Source: Candidatus Nanohaloarchaea archaeon (GTDB lineage Archaea; Nanohalarchaeota; Nanosalinia; Nanosalinales; Nanosalinaceae). From it: 64,000 nucleotides of DNA. The notes under the pieces were generated by a model. It was not told where the DNA came from and did no database searches. It was given only the letters and a program-made list of their open reading frames with translations. The position numbers and the translations under genes were made by a program. The stretch spans positions 1 to 64,000 of the forward strand of contig JACOQA010000002.1 of assembly GCA_014297435.1 (NCBI GenBank). The letters run 5' to 3'. Shown here one piece after another: positions 57,216-64,000 of this stretch (positions are counted from its first letter, which is position 1; each line of letters starts with the position of its first letter).

Positions 57216-60200
57216 ATGAAGGATATCAAGAAAATTGGAAAGATCGGTGCCTCACTCCTAGTAGGCGTCACCTTAACCGCGTCAGCCGCGGCAAACCTAG
57301 ATGACTACCCACAACCGTTTGTTGATGACCAAGGAATGGTCGACTCAACCATAGTGGTGGGAGAAAACGCAAAAACAGCCGATGTTGTGGGAGCAATAAA
57401 TATGGCGGGAAGCCTCTCACAGCAAGCAACTACAACAGAAAAGGTTTCTGGGGCAGCACAGTCTTGGAGCATGTCACAGGGAGCAACACTCGATACTTCG
57501 AACGACAACCTGTTCTTCCACGACATGATCAGCTCCGTAAGACAGACTTTAACCGAAAACGATCTCTCCGCACTACAGACAACAACAGGTCTTTCGGGTG
57601 ACGCAGAACAAGACATCGAACAGTACCTGTACGTTGGAGATCAAAAGATTGAGTTCGGAAAGACAGATGACGAAGAAGACCCTGAAGTATACGTAAACAA
57701 CCCTTCAACGGTCGAGGCAGACACACCAGGAAGCTATCTATACCAGTTACAGGCAAACTTCCAGGAAGGAGTAGACTTCTACGACAGTTCAGAAACAACC
57801 AATAAGAATACGGATGTCTACGGCGAAGAACTGGAGATGTTCGGAAAAACCTTTACAGTATCACAGGACTCGTTTACATCCAGTAACTCCGGCCAGCTAG
57901 TTCTCTACGGATCCAGCCAAGACGTACAGATAAGCTCGGGAGAATCAGCCACAATTACAATCGATGGAGAGGACCACACCATAAGCGTTCAAGCAGTAAA
58001 CACCGAAGGAGTTGTCTACTCAGTTGATGGAGAATCAGCTGAACAGGACAACGTAGATGAAACCTTCGATATTGGAGATACGGAAGTACGTATTGATTCG
58101 AAGATCAACCTGAAAGATGATACAGGAAGTGCCACTTTCTCGGTAGGTTCTGAAAAACTCATTCTTGAAGACGACTCATCGGTTATGACCGGCGATGATG
58201 AGGAAGAAGTCGAAGGAACCGATGTCAAACTTGAGTTAAGCGATGATGGTTCTGACGGTGACGTAACTGATGGAGACGGAAGTATCGAACTTTCATCCGT
58301 GAAGGTTGCGGTAGGCGCAGCAGATAGCGATGAAAACTACGTAAGTTCAGAACAAAAGTTCGAGGACCCTGTTTTCGGAAGCCTTTCATTCAGCTTCGAA
58401 GGACTATCCTCACTAAACGAGGGAGAGGACATCGAAGTACAGGCACAGAACGACGAAACAGTTGAAGTTTCAACAAACGAAATAACGCAAGGATTCGCCC
58501 ATTACGATGGAAGCTTTTCCCTAGCGGATGATGATGGCGACAAGATTGTCGCGGTCGAAGGCGAACCGGTACAGGAAGACGAGTACTTCACATCTGATGC
58601 AGGCGACTTCTCGCACTTCTGGGAAGTTACAGGACTCGACGCGGACGCACAAGATCCTTCAAGCGGGGACACAGCAACAGTCGAACTCGAAGACAAAATC
58701 TCAGGATCTTCAATCGAAGTCGAACTAGATGCTAACGATGTCGAAAGCGGAGCAGGAGACTCCACACGTGAATACGAAGCAGAGAAAGTTATCGACGGAC
58801 AGACCTACCACTTCTCCTACAACACCGTCTCAAGTGGAGATGAAAACGACGACGAGGTAGAAGTTACTTGGGGAACTGACTCCGACTACTCAGCGACAGG
58901 CTCAGCAAGCTCAGGAGCCACAACAGCATTCCCAACAATCAAAACCGATAACGGAGCAAGACTAGCATTCTACGATCCGGGACAAGATCCTTCCGGTATT
59001 TCAATAGGAGCAAGCCTTACCGGTTTCAGTTCGGATGAAAAATTCTTCGATGTGGCAATTCAGACCAACGAGGGAACTAACGGCTTCGGTTCAGGAGACG
59101 ATATAGTCAGGGATATAGGGGGCTCAGGAACATACTCAGACTCGGCCGACACTAATGTAGCCGGCACAAACCCTTCAGACGGGACATCATTAACAACTTC
59201 AAATCCTTGGAGTGGGGCTACAAATCCTATCGCTTTCGTGGATGACAGTGATTCAACCTGGGAGTCCGGAAGCGACCTAATTATCGAAGACCTGAACAAC
59301 GGAGGAACTGTTTCTTTGGAAGCTGACACCACAGTCAGCCGCGGATCGGATACAACAGTCGATGTAACAGCCGGAACATCACTTAACGACTTAGATGAAA
59401 CAACCTATCTGGCTGTAGATAACGGCAACAACGGCTTCGACGCAGGAACCGATGATGATATAGTAACAGACGATGACGAAGACGGTGTTTACACCTCATC
59501 AGCCGACGTTCTAGCTGATGCAAACGGAGCATCCGGAACAAGCTTCGGAGGAGGAACACCTGCAAGCATCTCCACCGGAGACTCACTTACAGCCTTCGAT
59601 GACACCGATAACGTCTACCTTATTGACACCAACAACGACGGACTACAAGCATCAGGTAACGACGATGTACTGTTCGTTGACGGAGACGGAGACGGCGATT
59701 CAACAACGGGAACCGTAAACACAATCATCAACCAGTCAGTTGACTCGACCTTTACAGGTTCACAGCTCACTAGCTCAAACCCAATCTCATTCAACGACCA
59801 AGACTCGGATGGAACCACAGGAAACGGCGAGTATGAACTCGGACAGGACATCTACGTCGAGGAGAACACAGCGGGAGCCAGAACTTACTCTGCTTCAGCC
59901 GATACCGTGGTAAACGACGAAGGGTCTGCCGATAGAGATGCTGGAGACAGCCTTGTAAGTGTGGGTTCTAACGCCTACTACCACGATGCAGATTCAGGCG
60001 GAACCTACACTTCTGGCGATGAAATCTACCTTGACCTAGATAGTGACTCACAGTACACCGCTCAAGCCGATAACCATATCGCAGGCATCACACTATCAAC
60101 AGCAGGCGCAGGAACATCGGTTAACACCGGAAATCCTTGGAGTGCAGCTAATCCGCCTGTAGCGTTCTACGACGACGGTTCAGGATCATGGGAATCCGGC

Positions 60201-61169
60201 AACGATGTCATAGTCACAGATGACGACGGAGACAACGTCTACACAAGTCAGGCTGACACCCTAATCGACGATACCGACGGCACACAGGACGTGACGAATG
60301 GAGACCCACTTACAGGTTTCGCGGCTGCCACAAAGTACGAGGATGCCAACTCCAACACGCAGTTTGATTCCAGTGAAGTAGTGGTCGACGATTCCGATAC
60401 TGACGGAACCTACGACTCAGGAGAGACGATTCTGGCAAACGGAGGATCTTCAGGGAACATCCAGTACTGGTCCACCGATTCTTCGGAGACTTCTGGAGTT
60501 ACAGGTTTGAACTCGATTCTTCCTTCGAAGCCAGGACTTGTGGTTATTGAGGAGGAGACGGAGAACGGCGATCAGCACAGTTACACGGTCACACCGGGTT
60601 ATGATGGAGGTGATTCTGAGGTAACGGTTAATCAGCCTAGCTACAGTAGTTCGAACAGGCAGACCGCAACTCTTGAGTCGAACGATGACATTACTGCGGG
60701 AGTGGACCGTTACGGTGTCTACACAGAACATGACTCTGATGGACAGGGCTCGCTAACCCTGAACTACCCTGATTCGCAGGCAACTGCTGGAGCCGGCTTC
60801 GGAACCGGAGAATTAAGTTCGACAGGAAGTTCCAGCGTTCAGAGACCTGCCGGATGGCCTAACGCAGCAACCCTGGACACACAAGCCAGTCAGGACCAAA
60901 ACATGATTCTGGTTGGAGGTCCGGCAGTCAACACGTTGACAGAGACCTTGGCAGAGAACAACCAGACCAAGTCCTCGAGCGAGTACCAAGAGGACATGTG
61001 GATGCTTCAGACGGTTGAAAACGCTTTCAACCAGAACCAGGCATTAGTGGTTGCAGGGCACTCTGCCGAAGACACTCAGGCGGCTTCGAACTACCTTGCC
61101 AATTACCAGGACCACCAAGACGAGATGACTGGCAAGAGCTTGGAGAAGACAACGGTTTCAACACAGTGA
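57216..61169 (+). CDS. S-layer protein paralog 2 with about 520-aa inserted repeat region
   Basis: Same N motif (IVVGENAKTADVVGAIN) and C motif (MILVGGPAVN) as paralog 1; insert rich in DxDxDG and Yxx.AD repeats. Confidence 0.88.
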   Translation: MKDIKKIGKIGASLLVGVTLTASAAANLDDYPQPFVDDQGMVDSTIVVGENAKTADVVGAINMAGSLSQQATTTEKVSGAAQSWSMSQGATLDTSNDNLFFHDMISSVRQTLTENDLSALQTTTGLSGDAEQDIEQYLYVGDQKIEFGKTDDEEDPEVYVNNPSTVEADTPGSYLYQLQANFQEGVDFYDSSETTNKNTDVYGEELEMFGKTFTVSQDSFTSSNSGQLVLYGSSQDVQISSGESATITIDGEDHTISVQAVNTEGVVYSVDGESAEQDNVDETFDIGDTEVRIDSKINLKDDTGSATFSVGSEKLILEDDSSVMTGDDEEEVEGTDVKLELSDDGSDGDVTDGDGSIELSSVKVAVGAADSDENYVSSEQKFEDPVFGSLSFSFEGLSSLNEGEDIEVQAQNDETVEVSTNEITQGFAHYDGSFSLADDDGDKIVAVEGEPVQEDEYFTSDAGDFSHFWEVTGLDADAQDPSSGDTATVELEDKISGSSIEVELDANDVESGAGDSTREYEAEKVIDGQTYHFSYNTVSSGDENDDEVEVTWGTDSDYSATGSASSGATTAFPTIKTDNGARLAFYDPGQDPSGISIGASLTGFSSDEKFFDVAIQTNEGTNGFGSGDDIVRDIGGSGTYSDSADTNVAGTNPSDGTSLTTSNPWSGATNPIAFVDDSDSTWESGSDLIIEDLNNGGTVSLEADTTVSRGSDTTVDVTAGTSLNDLDETTYLAVDNGNNGFDAGTDDDIVTDDDEDGVYTSSADVLADANGASGTSFGGGTPASISTGDSLTAFDDTDNVYLIDTNNDGLQASGNDDVLFVDGDGDGDSTTGTVNTIINQSVDSTFTGSQLTSSNPISFNDQDSDGTTGNGEYELGQDIYVEENTAGARTYSASADTVVNDEGSADRDAGDSLVSVGSNAYYHDADSGGTYTSGDEIYLDLDSDSQYTAQADNHIAGITLSTAGAGTSVNTGNPWSAANPPVAFYDDGSGSWESGNDVIVTDDDGDNVYTSQADTLIDDTDGTQDVTNGDPLTGFAAATKYEDANSNTQFDSSEVVVDDSDTDGTYDSGETILANGGSSGNIQYWSTDSSETSGVTGLNSILPSKPGLVVIEEETENGDQHSYTVTPGYDGGDSEVTVNQPSYSSSNRQTATLESNDDITAGVDRYGVYTEHDSDGQGSLTLNYPDSQATAGAGFGTGELSSTGSSSVQRPAGWPNAATLDTQASQDQNMILVGGPAVNTLTETLAENNQTKSSSEYQEDMWMLQTVENAFNQNQALVVAGHSAEDTQAASNYLANYQDHQDEMTGKSLEKTTVSTQ

Positions 61170-61337
61170 TCGGCACCTCCTCTCAATCAATTTTCTCTTT
61201 CTTCTCTTGTATTCGAACTAAATTAGGAAACGTCTCAACCAAAGATACGATTGCTCCTTGTTCAAACGGTGTTCTAGGCGTATAATAATCGTTTACTTTC
61301 TGGAGAGTCCCTGTCTTTGACAGGTGGAACGAAAAAC

Positions 61338-63857
61338 ATGAAGCTAAACATAACGAAGAAGAACGTCTCGAAAGCTCTATACGGCGCAGGAACCGTTGCA
61401 GCCGCATCACTCCTGATAGCCGGAGCATCAGCACAGACAAACAACACGACCCAGACCAATCAAAACTCTGACAATACCACACAACAAAACCCAGAAAATA
61501 CTTCTACCAGCCTAGGGGATTTTCCTCAACCATACACCTCGGACAACCAACTCAACTCAATAATTGTTTACGGCGAGTCAGCCTCCGAAACCGATGTTAA
61601 CTCTGCGAGAAACCTTGCGGAAACACTTTACTCCGAAACCGGTCAGGAACCAAACGATACAGAAACCTCGAACACGACAAGCATGCAAGTACCTCTCACA
61701 ACAGAGAATGAAAGGCTTTACCTCGGATCGGGCATAGACGCTGCCAGAAACATTCTGACAGAAGACGACCTAGAACCGCTTAGAACAACCGAGTTTAACG
61801 GTGAGGAGGAGACAGAGGTCGAACAGTTCCTTAGAGTCGGAAACCAGAACATTTCTTTCGGAAGACCTGACGATGACTCCGAACCTTTCTTCTACATACA
61901 GAACCCGGTTCCAAGCCAGGAAAACCATCTCTACGAGTTAGAAGCTAACATGGATAGCCCTGTAGACTTTACATCCGAGGAAGCTTCGGGAGAGGACCTA
62001 AGTCTATTCGGCAGAACCTTCAGTGTTTCAAGCGAAACAAACGAGGACGAACTTGTTTTATTGACCGGTCAAAGAGATCTTGAGCTTAGAACCAACCAGT
62101 CCCGTACAGTAACGGTTGATGGAACCGACCACACCTTTTCCGTTGTAAGCGTTAACGATGGACAGGTCGCTATGAGGGTTGACGGAGAGCTGGAACAGTA
62201 TGAGGAAGACGAAAGCTTCGGTCTTAATGATGCGTCGATGAGAGTCGAAGAACTGATCGACTTAGAAGGAAGTAACGGCATCATACGTCTATCAGCCGGT
62301 TCAACCCAGTTAACATTTAGTAACGGTCAGATAAGCTCAGGCGGTGAAGAAATATCCGGCTTAAGTTATTCAGCGGCAGGCGGCTTCAACGAACTCGAAT
62401 CACTAAGTATCTTCATCGGAGCTACTGACGACGACAGCACCTGGATCAGGGAAGGCGAATCCTACACGTCCAACCTTTTCAGCCCTTCACTTAGCTTCGA
62501 AGGGTTTTCGAGAACCGGAACAAGCTCTGTAGAAGTAAATTCCGGTGAAACCACACAGGTCAGCTTCAACACCTCGGAAGAAAGCGCCTCAATCGGTTTT
62601 TCAACAGCAGTAGGAAACTCGACAGTTCTAGGACCTGAGGAGAACCAGACGATCGCAACTTACCAGAACCAGTCGCTTAACGAGGACGACTACATCCCTA
62701 CGGATGCCTCAGGCATCTCAAGGCTTTGGAGGATAGAAGGTGTTGATGCCGACGAAAACGTTTCAGAAGGACAGGCTTCCCTGGAACTTCAGGACGAACT
62801 ATCCGGCGCCTCTGCAAACGTCGAACTTGAGCCTTCAGAAGGCATTTACAAAGCTGAGAAAGTGGTTGACGGCAGAAGCTTCAGGTTTTACGTTACACCT
62901 GATGAAGAGGTGAGTGCGGTCTGGGATCCCGATACAACACCGCTGTTTCCCGCACTCCAGTCAGGACAGTCCGCCGTAGCCATGATTGATGACGTGATGC
63001 TTGATTTCGAAGGCGAGAGAACTTTCAGGCTTCCCGCCACGTCTGGAGAACCCACAGTAACAATCTCATCCTCAAGCGATTCGGTTGAAGCTGTTTCAAG
63101 CTCTCCAGGTGTAGAAACGAGAACGGAAAACGACACAGTTATTGCAACAGTGGAAGGCGGTCAGGAGTACGGTTTCAGGATACAGGACGGTCAGGTAATG
63201 GCAGGCGCCTACTCCGACAACAACATTATCGACAACCCTTCTCTTTTGATCGTTGAGCCTTCGAACAGCGATAACCAGCAGGAATCATACGTTGTGGAGA
63301 CAGGAGTAGATGACGAGGAAGCAGTTGTCAACGAAGCATACTACTCTGGTTTTATTCAGACAGCTGAGACGGATGACGAGGAGACTGTGGGTTACGACCG
63401 TTTCGGCGCCCGCTCCTTGTACGATGAGGATGATGGAGGTTTCGAGCTTTCGATACCTGAAACACAGGCTTACGCCGAACTAGGCTTCACCACATCCACC
63501 AACCAAACACAGGTCGATGAACAAGATTCGACTCCTGATATCGTTTACAACGCTTCAAACCCTCAGGTTTCAGAGTTGAGCCAGGACTCGAATGTAATCC
63601 TTGTGGGCGGTCCTGCAGTAAACTCTTTGACCCAAGAACTGGCTTCACAGGGCGTAACCCTTCCAGCAAACCAGTACAGTTCAAGCGGATGGCTTCTCCA
63701 GTCAACAGAAGGCTTTGGAGGAAACGCTTTGATTGTTGCGGGAACTACCGCAGAGGACACTGCCTCAGCAGCGGATTTCCTCTCGAACTACAGGGAGAAC
63801 TCTGAAATGCTTCAAAACAGATCTCTGCTCAGAAGTACCGAGGTCGAGACCAACTAA
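61338..63857 (+). CDS. S-layer protein paralog 3, sequon-rich
   Basis: Signal peptide, LGDFPQPY..IIVYGE.A..TDV.SA, NVILVGGPAVN, LIVAG..AEDT; SD GGTGG, ATG 61338. Confidence 0.85.
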   Translation: MKLNITKKNVSKALYGAGTVAAASLLIAGASAQTNNTTQTNQNSDNTTQQNPENTSTSLGDFPQPYTSDNQLNSIIVYGESASETDVNSARNLAETLYSETGQEPNDTETSNTTSMQVPLTTENERLYLGSGIDAARNILTEDDLEPLRTTEFNGEEETEVEQFLRVGNQNISFGRPDDDSEPFFYIQNPVPSQENHLYELEANMDSPVDFTSEEASGEDLSLFGRTFSVSSETNEDELVLLTGQRDLELRTNQSRTVTVDGTDHTFSVVSVNDGQVAMRVDGELEQYEEDESFGLNDASMRVEELIDLEGSNGIIRLSAGSTQLTFSNGQISSGGEEISGLSYSAAGGFNELESLSIFIGATDDDSTWIREGESYTSNLFSPSLSFEGFSRTGTSSVEVNSGETTQVSFNTSEESASIGFSTAVGNSTVLGPEENQTIATYQNQSLNEDDYIPTDASGISRLWRIEGVDADENVSEGQASLELQDELSGASANVELEPSEGIYKAEKVVDGRSFRFYVTPDEEVSAVWDPDTTPLFPALQSGQSAVAMIDDVMLDFEGERTFRLPATSGEPTVTISSSSDSVEAVSSSPGVETRTENDTVIATVEGGQEYGFRIQDGQVMAGAYSDNNIIDNPSLLIVEPSNSDNQQESYVVETGVDDEEAVVNEAYYSGFIQTAETDDEETVGYDRFGARSLYDEDDGGFELSIPETQAYAELGFTTSTNQTQVDEQDSTPDIVYNASNPQVSELSQDSNVILVGGPAVNSLTQELASQGVTLPANQYSSSGWLLQSTEGFGGNALIVAGTTAEDTASAADFLSNYRENSEMLQNRSLLRSTEVETN

Positions 63858-63859
63858 AC

Positions 63860-63882
63860 TTTTTCCTTTTTCTTCTTTTGAT
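63860..63882 (+). terminator. Oligo-T terminator after S-layer gene 3
   Basis: TTTTTCCTTTTTCTTCTTTTG after the stop. Confidence 0.55.
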
Positions 63883-63916
63883 TAATTTAACTTTTTGCTG
63901 GCAAATAATTAGTTGA

Positions 63917-64000
63917 ATGAGCCAGGTCGATCTCTCCACAGAGGAACTCACCCGATACAAAACGATAGATTTTGTCCAAAGCGTGGAAGATTACAGGTTT
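63917..64000 (+). CDS. Start of an unidentified ORF running off the window
   Basis: ATG 63917, MSQVDLSTEELTRYKTIDFVQSVEDYRF, open to the end; TTTAA about 30 nt upstream. Confidence 0.45.
   Translation, partial: MSQVDLSTEELTRYKTIDFVQSVEDYRF

Noticed and set aside
557-63760. Numerous Ser/Phe-rich ORFs antisense to long genes (e.g. 6229-6678, 39185-39676, 40845-41348, 45231-45578)
   Set aside because: Shadow frames of acidic GAA/GAC-rich genes; no independent motifs or signals
52533-63857. Diversity-generating retroelement or invertase-driven S-layer switching
   Set aside because: No reverse transcriptase or recombinase in the window; paralog differences are not adenine-specific; all genes in the same orientation

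Overview
Archaeal chromosomal window. The very acidic (D/E-rich) proteome, moderate GC, archaeal-type GAPDH/TPI/LeuRS/AlaRS/Spt5/r-proteins, ADP-dependent sugar kinase, compact glycogen-glycolysis cluster and S_layer_N/C-type S-layer genes point to a halophilic DPANN archaeon, most likely Nanohaloarchaeota (inference, no database search run). Layout: (1) 0.3-5.5 kb AT-richer accessory locus with a HerA/DUF87-type ATPase fused to coiled coil and wHTH, four small wHTH proteins and a HEPN-like/wHTH protein, the best candidate for an undescribed (possibly defence) system; (2) 5.5-13 kb repair and housekeeping genes; (3) 13.3-29.5 kb glycogen/starch plus Embden-Meyerhof cluster; (4) two minD, leuS, slyD, and ftsZ-secE-spt5-rpl11-rpl1-rpl10-rpl12-alaS, with a 3.9 kb insert (Cys-rich secreted protein, pilin-like gene, LAGLIDADG-like gene) between rpl10 and rpl12; (5) 52-64 kb three S-layer paralogs sharing a frame but differing at one internal slot, a long structured 5' leader and two toxin-antitoxin pairs. 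No rRNA, tRNA, CRISPR array, integrase or transposase was recognised. All family calls come from motif recognition by eye.
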